Shown one piece after another: positions 16,190 to 31,081 of a DNA stretch of 64,000 nt. This stretch comes from Eledone cirrhosa (Eukaryota), in assembly GCA_964016885.1 (NCBI GenBank), contig OZ024744.1:85498001-85562000 (forward strand), given 5' to 3'. The stretch's first letter is position 1. Every line of letters begins with the position of its first letter. The notes below the pieces were generated by a model that worked only from the letters and a program-made list of their open reading frames with translations, made no database searches and had not been told where the DNA came from. The position numbers were made by a program, and so were the translations under genes.

Positions 16190-19100
16190 TATGTTTTCAC
16201 TTTCTCTTTATTTTGAATATATTTTGATCGGCCACCTTCCCGGTGGCAAGGTTGTAAAGAAAAGGAGGTTATCATCGTCTCTTGTGTAAGCGTTCATCCT
16301 TTGAATCGTAAAAATGTTTTTCAAATTTGAAAGTTTAAGATATCGCAGCCAGTTGTAGCTTGGGAATTAACGTGCAATTTTCTCTCTCCACAAATGTAAG
16401 CTCACTTATAGTTTGGTCCGGGCAAGTCCTGTAGCTCCAATAATGACAAGTACGAAGCTGATCGTTTTTCTCGGATACTGGATCAGCAAACTTCTCATCA
16501 ATGGTCCTTAGATATCCTCCTTTTCTTTCATTTTTCTTACTACATTTATTTTCATTTTCGGCTATGCATTCCAGATTTTTCTATCTCTCACATCATGTCT
16601 CATGAGGAGGTAGTAACGAGAAGACATTCTTTCACATTTGGCAGTGATGTGGCTAACACCGTCAATCTTTATGTTGTACAGCCTACATTTATTGTCATCT
16701 GATGACATTCCACTTTTGTGTAGTAGGTACTATGTGGGGAATTCTTGTTCCTGGAATGCATGGAGGAGGTATTCTTTAAGCTGAGATATTAAGAACTTGT
16801 CGGAACTCCATATCAGGCTTTTCATATGGTTTATCCCCTCTGTGGTTTGTGTTTTTCGTCTCGAGTACCTATGTACCATCTTCTTAGTACCTATGTACCA
16901 TCTTCACAGTACCTATGTACCATCTTCCCAATACCTATGTACCATCTCCCCAATACCTATGTACCATCTCCCCAATACCTATGTACCATCTCCCCAATAC
17001 CTATGTACCATCTTCCCAGTACCTATGTACCATCTTCCCAATACCTATGTACCATCTCCCCAGTACCTATGTACCAACTTCCCAGTACCTATGTACCATC
17101 TTCCCAGTACCTATGTACCATCTTCCCAGTACCTATGTACCATCTTCCCAATACCTATGTACCATCTCCCCAATACCTATGTACCATCTCCCCAATACCT
17201 ATGTACCATCTTCCCAATACCTATGTACCATCTTCCCAGTACCTATGTACCATCTTCCCAGTACCTATGTACCATCTTCTTAGTACCTATGTACCATCTT
17301 CACAGTACCTATGTACCATCTTCCCAGTACCTATGTACCATCTTCCCAGTACCTATGTACCATCTTCCTAGTACCTATGTACCATCTTCCCAGTACCTAT
17401 GTACCATCTCCCCAATACCTATGTACCATCTTCCCAGTACCTATGTACCATCTTCCCAGTACCTATGTACCATCTTCCCAGTACCTATGTACCATCTTCC
17501 CAGTACCTATGTACCATCTTCCTAGTACCTATGTACCATCTTCCCAGTACCTATGTACCATCTTCCCAGTACCTATGTACCATCTCCCCAATACCTATGT
17601 ACCATCTTCCCAGTACCTATGTACCATCTTCCCAGTACCTATGTACCATCTTCCCAATACCTATGTACCATCTTCCCAGTACCTATGTACCATCTTCCCA
17701 GTACCTATGTAACATCTTCCCAGTACCTATGTACCATCTCCCCAATACCTATGTACCATCTCCCCAGTACCTATGTACCATCTTCCCAGTACCTATGTAC
17801 CATCTTCTCAGTACCTATGTACCATCTTCCCAGTACCTATGTACCATCTTCTCAGTACCTATGTACCATCTTCCCAGTACCTATGTACCATCTTCCCAAT
17901 ACCTATGTACCATCTTCCCAGTACCTATGTACCATCTTCCCAGTACCTATGTACCATCTTCCCAGTACCTATGTACCATCTTCCCAGTACCTATGTACCA
18001 TCTTCCCAATACCTATGTACCATCTTCCCAGTACCTATGTACCATCTTCCTAGTACCTATGTACCATCTTCCCAGTACCAATGTACCATCTTCCCAGTAC
18101 CTATGTACCATCTTCCCAGTACCTATGTACCATCTTCCCAGTACCTATGTACCATCTTCCCAGTACCTATGTAGCATCTTCTCAGTACCTATGTACCATC
18201 TTCCCAGTACCTATGTACCATCTTCCCAGTACCTATGTACCATCTTCTCAGTACCTATGTACCATCTTCCCAGTACCTATGTACCATCTTCTCAGTACCT
18301 ATGTACCATCTTCCCAGTACCTATGTACCATCTTCCCAGTACCTATGTACCATCTTCCCAGTACCTATGTACCATCTTTCCAATACCTATGTACCATCTT
18401 CCCAGTACCTATGTCCCATCTTCCCAATACCTATGTACCATCTTTCCAATACCTATGTACCATCTTCCCAGTACCTATGTACCATCTTCCCAATACCTAT
18501 GTACCATCTTCCCAATACCTATGTACCATCTTCCCAGTACCTATGTACCATCTGCCCAGTACCTATGTACCATCTTCCTAGTACCTATGTACCATCTTCC
18601 CAATACCTATGTACCATCTTCCCAGTACCTATGTACCATCTTCCCAGTACCTATGTACCATCTTCCCAGTACCTATGTACCATCTTCCTAGTACCTATGT
18701 ACCATCTTCCCAATACCTATGTACCATCTTCCCAGTACCTATGTACCATCTTCCCAATACCTATGTACCATCTTCCCAGTACCTATGTACCATCTTCCCA
18801 GAACCTATGTACCATCTTCCCAATACATATGTACCATCTTCCCAGTACCTATGTACCATCTTCCCAGTACCTATGTACCATCTTCCTAGTACCTATGTAC
18901 CATCTTCCCAATACCTATGTACCATCTTCCCAGTACCTATGTACCATCTTCCCAGTACCTATGTACCATCTTCCCAGTACCTATGTACCATCTTCCCAAT
19001 ACCTATGTACCATCTTCCCAATACCTATGTACCATCTTCCCAGTACCTATGTACCATCTTCCCAGTACCTATGTACCATCTTCCCAGTACCTATGTACCA

Positions 19101-22100
19101 TCTTCCCAGTACCTATGTACCATCTCCCCAATACCTATGTACCATCTTCCCAATACCTATGTACCATCTTCCCAGTACCTATGTACCATCTTCTCAGTGC
19201 CTATGTACCATCTTCTCAGTACCTATGTACCATCTTCCCAATACCTATGTACCATCTTCTCTGTACCTATGTACCATCTTCCCAATACCTATGTACCATC
19301 TTCCCAATACCTATGTACCATCTTCCCAGTACCTATGTACCATCTTCCCAGTACCTATGTACCATCTTCCCAGTACCTATGTACCATCTTCCCAGTACCT
19401 ATGTACCATCTTCCCAGTACCTATGTACCATTTTCCCAGTACCTATGTACCATCTTCCCAGTAGCTATGTACCATCTTCCCAGTACCTATGTACCATCTT
19501 CCCAGTACCTATGTACCATCTTCCCAATACCTATGTACCATCTCCCCAGTACCTATGTACCATCTTCTCAGTACCTATGTACCATCTTCCCAGTACCCTT
19601 GTACCATCTTCCCAGTACCTATATACCATCTTCCCAGTACCTATGTACCATCTTCCCGGTACCTATGTACCATCTTCCTAGTACCTATGTACCATCTTCC
19701 CAGTACCTATGTACCATCTTCCCAGTACCTATGTACCATCTTCCCAATACCTATGTACCATCTTCCCAATACCTATGTACCATCTTCCCAGTACCTATGT
19801 ACCATCTTCCCAGTACCTATGTACCATCTTCTCAGTACCTATGTACCATCTTCCCAATACCTATGTACCATCTTCTCAGTACCTATGTACCATCTTCCCA
19901 ATACCTATGTACCATCTTCCCAATACCTATGTACCATCTTCCCAGTACCTATGTACCATCTTCCCAATACCTATGTACCCTCTTCCCAGTACCTATGTAC
20001 CATCTTCCCAGTACCTATGTACCATCTTCCCAATACCTATGTACCATCTTCCCAGTACCTATGTACCATCTTCCCAGTACCTATGTACCATCTTCCTAGT
20101 ACCTATGTACCATCTTCCCAATACCTATCTACCATCTTCCCAGTACCTATGTACCATCTTCCCAGTACCTATGTACCATCTTCCCAGTACCTATGTACCA
20201 TCTTCCTAGTCCCTGTGTACCATCTTCCCAATACCTATGTACCATCTTCCCAGTACCTATGTACCATCTTCCCAATACCTATGTACCATCTTCCCAGTAC
20301 CTATGTACCATCTTCCCAGTACCTATGTACCATCTTCCTAGTACCTATGTACCATCTTCCCAATACCTATGTACCATCTTCCCAGTACCTATGTACCATC
20401 TTCCCAGTACCTATGTACCATCTTCCTAGTACCTATGTACCATCTTCCTAGTACCTATGTACCATCTTCCCAATACCTATGTACCATCTTCCCAGTACCT
20501 ATGTACCATCTTCCCAGTACCTATGTACCATCTTCCTAGTACCTATGTACCATCTTCCCAATACCTATGTACCATCTTCCCAGTACCTATGTACCATCTT
20601 CCCAGTACCTATGTACCATCTTCCCAGTACCTATGTCCCATCTTCCCAGTACCTATGTACCATCTTCTCAGTACCTATGTACCATCTCCCCAATACCTAT
20701 GTACCATCTTCTCGGTACCTATGTACCATCTTCCCAGTACCTATGTACCATCTTCCCAGTACCTATGCATCATCTTCCCAGTACCTATGTACCATCTTCT
20801 CTGTACCTATGTACCATTTTCCCAGTACCTATGTACCATCTTCCCAATACCTATGTACCATCTTCTCAGTAACTATATACCATTTTCTCAGTACCTGTGT
20901 ACCATCTTCCCAGTACCTATGTACCATCTTCCCAGTACCTATGTACCATCTTCCCAGAACATATGTACCATCTTCCCAATACATATGTACCATCTTCCCA
21001 GTACCTATGTACCATCTTCCCAGTACCTATGTACCATCTTCCCAATACCTATGTACCATCTCCCCAGTACCTATGTACCATCTTCTCAGTACCTATGTAC
21101 CATCTTCCCAGTACCTATGTACCATCTTCCCAGTACCTATGTACCATCTTCCCAATACCTATGTACCATCTCCCCAGTACCTATGTACCATCTTCTCAGT
21201 ACCTATGTACCATCTTCCCAGTACCTATGTACCATCTTCCCAGTACCTATGTACCATCTTCCCAATACCTATGTACCATCTCCCCAGTACCTATGTACCA
21301 TCTTCTCAGTACCTATGTACCATCTTCCCAGTACCTATGTACCATCTTCCCAGTACCTATGTACCATCTTCCCAGTACCTATGTACCATCTTCCCAGTAG
21401 CTATGTACCATCTTCCCAGTACCTATGTACCATCTTCCCAGTACCTATGTACCATCATCCCAATACCTATGTACCATCTCCCCAGTACCTATGTACCATC
21501 TTCTCAGTACCTATGTACCATCTTCCCAGTACCTATGTACCATCTTCCCAGTACCTATGTACCATCTTCCCAATACCTATGTACCATCTCCCCAGTACCT
21601 ATGTACCATCTTCTCAGTACCTATGTACCATCTTCCCAGTACCTATGTACCATCTTCTCAGTACCTATGTACCATCTTCCCAGTACCTATGTACCATCTT
21701 CCCAGTACCTATGTACCATCTTCCCAGTACCTATGTACCATCTTCCCAGTACCTATGTACCATCTTCCCAATACCTATGTATCATCTTCCCAGTACCTAT
21801 GTACCATCTTCCCAGTACCTATGTACCATCTTCCCAGTACCTATGTACCATCTTCACAGTACCTATGTACCATCTTCCCAGTACCTATGTACCATCTTCC
21901 CAATACCTATGTACCATCTTCCCAGTACCTATGTACCATCTTCCCAATACCTATGTACCATCTTCTCAATACCTATGTACCATCTTCCCAGTACCTATGT
22001 ACCATCTTCCCAGTACCTATGTACCATCTTCCCAATACCTATGTACCATCTTCCTAGTACCTATGTACCATCTTCCCAGTACCTATGTACCATCTTCCCA

Positions 22101-25100
22101 GTACCTATGTACCATCTTCCCAGTACCTATGTACCATCTTCCCAGTACCTATGTACCATCTTCCCTGTACCTATGTACCATCTTTACAATACCTATGTAC
22201 CATCTTCCCAGTACCTATGTCCCATCTTCCCAATACCTATGTACCATCTTTCCAATACCTATGTACCATCTTCCCAGTACCTATGTACCATCTTCCCAGT
22301 ACCTATGTACCATCTTCCCAATACCTATGTACCATCTTCCCAGTACCTATGTACCATCTGCCCAGTACCTATGTACCATCTTCCTAGTACCTATGTACCA
22401 TCTTCCCAATACCTATGTACCATCTTCCCAGTACCTATGTACCATCTTCCCAGTACCTATGTACCATCTTCCCAGTACCTATGTACCATCTTCCCAGTAC
22501 CTATGTACCATCTTCCCAATACCTATGTACCATCTTCCCAGTACCTATGTACCATCTTCCCAGTACCTATGTACCATCTTCTCAGTGCCTATGTACCATC
22601 TTCTCAGTACCTATGTACCATCTTCCCAATACCTATGTACCATCTTCCCAGTACCTATGTACCATCTTCCCAGTACCTATGTACCATCTTCCCAGTACCT
22701 ATGTACCATCTCCCCAATACCTATGTACCATCTTCCCAGTACCTATGTACCATCTTCCCAGTACCTATGTACCATCTTCTCAGTGCCTATGTACCATCTT
22801 CTCAGTACCTATGTACCATCTTCCCAATACCTATGTACCATCTTCTCAGTACCTATGTACCATCTTCCCAATACCTATGTACCATCTTCCCAATACCTAT
22901 GTACCATCTTCCCAGTACCTATGTACCATCTTCCCAGTACCTATGTACCATCTTCCCAGTACCTATGTACCATCTTCCCAGTACCTATGTACCATCTTCC
23001 CAGTACCTATGTACCATCTTCCCAGTACCAATGTACCATCTTCCCAGTACCTATGTACCATCTTCCCAGTACCTATGTACCATCTTCCCAGTACCTATGT
23101 ACCATCTTCCCAGTACCTATGTACCATCTTCTGAGTACCTATGTACCATCTTCCCAGTACCTATGTACCATCTTCTCAGTACCTATGTACCATCTTCCCA
23201 GTACCTATGTACCATCTTCCCAATACCTATGTTCCATCTTCCCAGTACCTATGTACCATCTTCCCAGTACATATGTACCATCTTCCTAGTACCTATGTAC
23301 CATCTTTCCAATACCTATGTACCATCTTCGCAGTACCTATGTACCATCTTCCCAATACCTATGTACCATATTCCCAATACCTATGTACCATCTTCCCAGT
23401 ACCTATGTACCATCTTCCCAGTACCTATGTACCATCTTCCCAGTACCTATGTACCATCTTCCCAATACCTATGTACCATCTTCCCAATACCTATGTACCA
23501 TCTCCCCAGTACCTATGTACCATCTTCCCAGTACCTATGTACCATCTTCCCAGTACCTATGTACCATCTTCCCAATACCTATGTACCATATTCCCAATAC
23601 CTATGTACCATCTTCCCAGTACCTATGTACCATCTTCCCAGTACCTATGTACCATCTTCCCAATACCTATGTACCATCTTCCCAGTACCTATGTCCCATC
23701 TTCCCAGTACCTATGTACCATCTTCCTAGTACCTATGTACCATCTTCCCAATACCTATGTACCATCTTCCCAGTACCTATGTACCATCTTCCCAGTACCT
23801 ATGTACCATCTTCCTAGTACCTATGTACCATCTTCCCAATACCTATGTACCATCTTCCCAGTACCTATGTACCATCTTCCCAGTACCTATGTACCATCTT
23901 CCCAGTACCTATGTACCATCTTCCCAGTACCTATGTACCATCTTCCCAGTACCTATGTACCATCTTCCCAGTACCTATGTACCATCTTCCCAGTACCTAT
24001 GTACCATCTTCCCAGTACCTATGTACCATCTTCCCAGTACCTATGTACCATCTTCTCAGTGCCTATGTACCATCTTCTCAGTACCTATGTACCATCTTCC
24101 CAATACCTATGTACCATCTTCTCAGTACCTATGTACCATCTTCCCAATACCTATGTACCATCTTCCCAATACCTATGTACCATGTTCCCAGTACCTATGT
24201 ACCATCTTCCCAGTACCTATGTACCATCTTCCCAGTACCTATGTACCATCTTCCCAGTACCTATGTACCATCTTCCCAGTACCTATGTACCAACTTCCCA
24301 GTACCTATGTACCATTTTTCCAGTACCTATGTACCATCTTCCCAATACCTATGTACCATCTTCTCAGTACCTATGTACCATCTTCCCAATACCTATGTAC
24401 CATCTTCTCAATACCTATGTACCATCTTCTTAGTGCCTATGTACCATCTTCTCAGTACCTATGTACCATCTTCCCAGTACCTATGTTCCATCTTCCCAGT
24501 ACCTATGTACCATCTTCCCAGTACCTATGTACCATCTTCCCACTACCTATGTACCATCTTCCCAATACCTATGTACCATCTTCCCAATACCTATGTACCA
24601 TCTTCCCAGTACCTATGTACCATCTTCCCAGTACCTATGTACCATCTTCCCACTACCTATGTACCAAATTCCCAGTACCTATGTACCATCTTCCCAGTAC
24701 CTATGTACCATCTTCTCAGTACCTATGTACCATCTTCTCAGTAGCTATGTACCATCTTCTCAGTACCTATGTACCAACTTCCCAGTACCTATGTACCATC
24801 TTCCCAGTACCTATGTACCATCTTCCCAGTACCTATGTACCATCTTCCCAGTACCTATGTACCATCTTCTCAGTACCTATGTACCATCTTCCCAGTACCT
24901 ATGTACCATCTTCTCAGTACCTATGTACCATCTTCCCAGTACCTATGTACCATCTTCCCAATACCTATGTACCATCTTCCCAGTACCTATGTACCATCTT
25001 CCCAGTACCTATGTACCATCTTCCCAGTACCTATGTACCATCTTCCCAGTACCTATGTACCATCTTCCCAATACCTATGTACCATCTTCCCAGTACATAT

Positions 25101-28020
25101 GTACCATCTTCCCAGTACCTATGTACCATCTTCCCAGTACCAATGTACCATCTTCCCAGTACCTATGTACCATCTTCCCAGTACCTATGTACCATCTTCC
25201 CAGTACCTATGTACCATCTTCCCATTACCTATGTACCATCTTCCCAGTACCTATGTACCATCTTCCCAATACCTATGTACCATCTTCCCAGTACATATGT
25301 ACCATCTTCCCAGTACCTATGTACCATCTTCCCAGTACCAATGTACCATCTTCCCAGTACCTATGTACCATCTTCCCAGTACCTATGTACCATCTTCCCA
25401 GTACCTATGTACCATCTTCCCAGTACCTATGTACCATCTTCTCAGTACCTATGTACCATCTTCCCAGTACCTATGTACCATCTTCCCAATACCTATGTAC
25501 CATCTTCCCAGTACCTATGTACCATCTTCCCAATACCTATGTACCATCTTCCCAGTACCTATGTACCATCTTCCCAGTACCTATGTACCATCTTCCCAAT
25601 ACCTATGTACCATCTTCCCAGTACCTATGTACCATCTTCCCAGTACCTATGTACCATCTTCCTAGTACCTATGTACCATCTTCCCAATACCTATGTACCA
25701 TCTTCCCAGTACCTATGTACCATCTTCCCAGTACCTATGTACCATCTTCCCAGTACCTATGTACCATCTCCCCAATACCTATGTACCATCTTCCCAGTAC
25801 CTATGTACCATCTTCCCAGTACCTATGTACCATCTTCCCAGTACCTATGTACCATCTTCCCAGTACCTATGTACCATCTTCCCAGTACCTATGTACCATC
25901 TTCCCAGTACCTATGTACCATCTTCCCAGTACCTATGTACCATCTTCCCAGTACCTATGTACCAACTTCCCAGTACCTATGTACCATTTTCCCAGTACCT
26001 ATGTACCATTTTCTCAGTACCTATGTACCATCTTCCCAGTACCTATGTACCATCTTCCCAGTACCTACGTACCATCTTCCCAGTACCTATGTACCATCTT
26101 CCCAGTACCTATGTACCATCTTCCCAATACCTATGTACCATCTTCCCAGTACCTATGTACCATCTTCCCAGTACCTATGTACCATCTTCCCAATACCTAT
26201 GTACCATCTTCCCAGTACCTATGTACCATCTTCCCAGTACCTATGTACCATCTTCTCAGTACCTATGTACCATCTTCCCAGTACCTATGTACCATCTTCC
26301 CAGTACCTACGTACCATCTTCCCAGTACCTATGTACCATCTTCTCAGTACCTACGTACCATCTTCCCAGTACCTATGTACCATCTTCCCAATACCTATGT
26401 ACCATCTTCTTAGTGCCTATGTACCATCTTCCCAATACCTATGTACCATCTCCCCAATTCCTATGTACCATCTTCCCAGTACCTATGTACCATCTTCCCA
26501 GTACCTATGTACCATCTTCCCAGTACCTATGTACCATCTTCCCAGTACCTATGTACCATCTTCCTAGTACCTATGTACCATCTTCCCAGTACCTATGTAC
26601 CATCTTCCCAGTACCTATGTACCATCTTCCCAATACCTATGTACCATCTTCCCAATACCTATGTACCATCTTCCCAGTACCTATGTACCATCTTCCCAGT
26701 ACCTATGTACCATCTTCCCAGTACCTATGTACCATCTTCCCAATACCTATGTACCATCTTCCCAGTACCTATGTACCATCTTCCCAATACCTATGTACCA
26801 TCTTCCCAGTACCTATGTACCATCTTCCCAGTACCTATGTACCATCTTCCCAGTACCTATGTACCATCTTCCCAGTACCTATGTACCATCTTCCCAGTAC
26901 CTATGTACCATCTTCCCAGTACCTATGTACCATCTTCCCAGTACCTATGTACCATCTTCCCAGTACCTATGTACCATCTTCCCAGTACCTATGTACCATC
27001 TTCCCAGTACCTATGTACCATCTTCCCAGTACCTATGTACCATCTTCTCAGTACCTATGTACCATCTTCCCAACACCTATGTACCATCTTCCCAGTACCT
27101 ATGTACCATCTTCCCAGTACCTATGTACCATCTTCCCAGTACCTATGTACCATCTTCCCAGTACCTATGTACCATCTTCCCAATACCTATGTACCATCTT
27201 CTCAGTACCTATGTACCATCTTCTCAGTACCTATGTACCATCTTCTCAGTACCTATGTACCATCTTCCCAGTACCTATGTACCATCTTCTCAGTAGCTAT
27301 GTACCATCTTCCCAGTACCTATGTACCATCTTCTCAGTACCTATGTACCCTCTTCCCAGTACCTATGTACCATGTTCTCAGTGAATTGGTCCGTTTTTTT
27401 TGTTTTGTTTTTTTGTTCGAACATTGAGTAGAGTGTTTTAATGTTATTGAGAGATTTGTATCAATTTTTATTTCATGTCTCTCTTCTAGATCAGTGGCTA
27501 ATCTGGGTGAAATAAAGTACCTGTAATGCACTGGGATAATTGTACCAAAAGTAGAAATTATATTATTTTCATGCTTATAAACCTGGCAAGATGGCTGTTG
27601 ACCTTTTTCATCTGTTGAAGATGTTGTTTCAGTGTTATCCGGGTTTCATATGTTGTTAATGTGGATTTCAGGCACCGGTTACCTTCGTTCTGTGAGAAAT
27701 ATAAACTATCGATATCACCATTGATATTAAAAGCTCAAGTAACACTGAGCAGCTTGCAAGTCTTTATATCATTCTCGTTCGGTTCTTGCAATGACCAGTT
27801 CAGCAGACCAAATGCTCGCGTTAGGGTGGGCAAAACAAAAATATTATGGACAATGTGTTTGTTATAAGCTGAGACTTCTGTTGACCATATTCTTTTTACT
27901 CTTCTGAGGTATTCATTCCTCACAGAATTTATGGATTCATCATAACTGACATTCTCATCTCGTCCAAGATGCCTATAGTTATCACATGACTGTAGAGGCT
28001 GTATTGTCAATCCGTATGTA
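16190..28020 (-). mobile_element. Second, older 5'-truncated R4/Dong-like LINE interrupted by a 10.5-kb minisatellite
   Basis: 27735-28010 (YRHLG.DEN...EYLRRVKRIWSTE.SA.NK) and 16300-16864 (QEQE..T.YL.HK...DNKCRL....I..VSHI.A.C.RMSSRYYL.MRHD; VIIGATG) are collinear with the 12216-15871 protein. Confidence 0.85.
16865..27380 (+). repeat. Minisatellite/satellite array, 22-bp unit GTACCTATGTACCATCTTCCCA x478
   Basis: First unit starts at 16865 and last at 27359; the difference, 10494, equals 477x22. Only substitution variants were seen (ccca/ctca/ccta, gt/at). Confidence 0.98.
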
Positions 28021-28034
28021 AATTTGTTTCAAAC

Positions 28035-28300
28035 CCGGTGGCTTATCCCGGTTTGGGTGGCGTTAAGCGACTGAGTGTACAAGATTCTCTCTTCAACGAG
28101 ACGTCAGTCCTTCTCCAGGGTAAAACCCCCAGCTATTGCTTGTACTCATTTTCAGTTGAGTATAATGTAGCAACGTCAAATGAAGTGTTTTTCTCAAGAG
28201 CCCGTACACACAACCCAGTCCAGGTATCGAGTCCAAGACATTACCACAAGGCTGCTATTTCTATCTGCTTGAGAGACTACATTGCAACTTGAACGGTGGC
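28035..28300 (-). mobile_element. tRNA-derived CORE-like SINE (degenerate)
   Basis: agcaacgtcaaatgaagtgtttttctcaagag...gtccaggtatcgag, homologous to 44790-44910 and 50735-50857. Confidence 0.6.
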
Positions 28301-28508
28301 TCACCACTACCTGAGTCGGTGAAACGACAGAAGTTTAATGTAGTTTCATCTTATTTAAATTGTTATAGGTGTTGTTGATGCATTTATTGTTAGTGGCTAC
28401 GATGTTGTTTATTCCCAGATCAACTCTGATCGAGAGGATTTATGATCAGAAATATTTTCCAGACGTGCCCATCACAGTGTTTTTGTTTATTATTATTACA
28501 TTTTCAAG

Positions 28509-29258
28509 GGCGGTAGATTTGCAATATCGGTAGAGCGTCGGACAATATACTTTGTTGAATATAGTTACGTCCCTGTACATTCTAAGTTCAAATCCCGCTG
28601 AAGTTAGCTTTGCGTTTCATTCTTACGGGGTCAATAAAATAAGTTACCAGTAATGCACTGGGGTCAATTTAATCAACTTTTCCTTTCCCTTCAAATTGTT
28701 GGCTTTGTGCCTAAATCAGAAACCATTATATTATTCTAGGTCGGTTAACTTTGCCTTTCATCCTTACGGGGTCGATAAAATAAAGTACCAGTAATGCACT
28801 GGGTAATTACTGGCCTTGTGCCTAAAGTAGAAACAATTATATTATTCTAGGTCGGTGGATTAGCAATATCGGTAGTGCGTCGGATCAGATGTTTTGCGGC
28901 ATATAATTACGACTCTTTACGTTCTGAGATTAACTTTGCCTTTCATGTTTACATGATCGATAGAATAAAGTACCAGTAACACATTGGAGGTCGAGTTTCT
29001 CCTTCCCTTCCAATTGCTGCCCTTATGCCTAAAGTAGAAACTATTCTTACATTATTCTTTATATAATTGGATTGGCAGTATCGGTAGAGGGTCGGACGTC
29101 ATGCTTTGACGCATAGAATTACGGCCCTTTCCATTCTGCGGTCAAATCCTGCCGAGGTCAACTTTGCCTTTCATCCTTACGGGGTCGATATAATAAAGTA
29201 GCAGTAATGTACTGAATAATTGCTGGCCTTGTGCCAAAAAGTATAAACAAATTATTCT
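28509..29258 (+). mobile_element. Head-to-tail cluster of ~4 tRNA-derived SINEs (major family)
   Basis: Repeated A-box-like ggcagtatcggtagagcg, B-box gagttcaaatcc, body gcctttcatccttacggggtcgataaaataaagtaccagt and tail ggccttgtgcctaaagtagaaac. Confidence 0.85.
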
Positions 29259-29400
29259 TTATGTAATTTCGCGTTTAAAATGACAGATTATAATTTAAGT
29301 TCTAACTGCTCGAGTAACTGCGCAGAGGCTGACGCTGTTTTGGTTAAAGTGGTAATGATTGACACTGCTGTTTTTATTGTTGTTGCTGCTGCTGCATCAG

Positions 29401-29453
<53 letters not shown>

Positions 29454-30007
29454 GCTGTAGCACCAGTTGTTGTTGTTGCTGATGATGCACCGGTTGTTGT
29501 AGTTGTTGCTGCTGCACCAGTTGTTGTTGATACTGAGGCACCGGTTATTGTTTTTGCCGCTGCTGTTGCACCGGTTCTTGTTGTTGCTGCTGCTGCTACA
29601 CTGGTTGTTGTGGTTGCTACTGCTGCACCGGTTGTTGTTGTTGCGTGCTTCTACAAATACGTAGTTGCACGCGCACACATTCACACACACTTGCACACAC
29701 ACACACACATATTCACACACACTTGCACGCACACACTTACACATACACATATGCACACTTGCACACACTCACATACACACACACACTTACACATACACAC
29801 TTGCACATACACACTCACATAAATACATACACATATACACATACACACATAAACATGAACACTCATACACATGTACACAGGTCAAATATGACCCCAACAG
29901 ACCGACAATCAAAGGTATACTAGAACTACATTTACTACAAATGTAATCCTTAATTTACTGAGGGAAAATTGACAGCTATTTCTAACAGATCAAGTCACTA
30001 TCTAGAC

Positions 30008-30298
30008 CAAGCATGGGCAACGCTTTTCGAGAAGCGGGCCGTATGAGGTATGGTTCATCATCAGGCGGGCCGCAAGCGTTAATTTACATTCGTGCTCACA
30101 TTAAAAAAGGGCGGTAACTCAGGTTGTTTCGATTTGTTTCTTCAGAATTCGTACACGTTGTTTTCCTCCATCGTAAAAATGATAGAAAGATAAACTACGA
30201 CTGAAAATTTGGAATTAAAAAAATCAGAAAGATTTCACTTGGGTGACTTAGTCGAGCCATTCAGAAAAGCTTCGTGGGCCGCAGGTTGCTCATAACTG
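30008..30298. mobile_element. hAT-Charlie-type MITE
   Basis: Imperfect TIRs caagcatgggcaac / gttgctcataactg, subterminal gggccg motifs, and flanks atctagac / atatagag resembling the NTCTAGAN 8-bp TSD. Confidence 0.7.
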
Positions 30299-30539
30299 AT
30301 ATAGAGTTTTCATCGCTTGCTCGACGTAGTGAGAGATAGTATTAATGTTGTTGATGGTAGTGAGAATGGCCAGGAAAATTGTAATCCAGATGGCGGCTGG
30401 GTTTGTCAGTGATGTTGGTAGTATTAATGGAAGCTAAAGTAGTGGCGGATGTGATGACTGTGAATGCTGTGGGTGGCGGTAGTGATGGTACTGAATGTGG
30501 TGGGTGGATGGTTGGAGAATGGCGTCTACCAGTAGTAAA

Positions 30540-30541
30540 AG

Positions 30542-30572
<31 letters not shown>

Positions 30573-30827
30573 GGTGGTGGTGGTGGTGATGGTGGTGGTG
30601 GTGATGGTGGTGGTGGTGGTGGTGGTGGTGGTGGTGGTGGTGGTGGTGGTGGTGGTGGTGGTGGTGGTGGTGGTGGTGGTGGTGGTGGTGGTGGTGGTGG
30701 TGGTGGTAGTGATGGTTGTGGTGGTGGTGGTGGTGGTGACGATGATGATGAAGATGGTGATGATGGTGATGATGATAATGATGATGACAATGATGGTGAT
30801 GATGATAATGATGATGACAATGATGAC

Positions 30828-30870
<43 letters not shown>

Positions 30871-30920
30871 GTGATGATGATGGTGATGATGATGATCATA
30901 TGATGATAATGATACTGATA

Positions 30921-30969
<49 letters not shown>

Positions 30970-30980
30970 CAATGATGGTA
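30540..30980. repeat. (GGT)n-(GAT)n compound trinucleotide repeat
   Basis: Directly visible. Confidence 0.95.
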
Positions 30981-31081
30981 GCAGTCGCTGATAATCCAAG
31001 ATGTTAAGTAAATGGAACGCTGAGTGAGTAAACAATACAAACAAAAGAGTTTGTATTGTTAATTATGAGGATAAAAGAGAT

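Noticed and set aside
16865-27380. CRISPR array
   Set aside because: Contiguous tandem units with no unique spacers, no cas genes, and a eukaryotic context.
16797-27427. Very long ORFs (up to 1090 aa) of MYHLPSTYVPSSQYLCTIFPVP repeats
   Set aside because: A stop-free 22-bp unit gives the same peptide in all three frames; variants create stops at random; the array lies inside a dead LINE.
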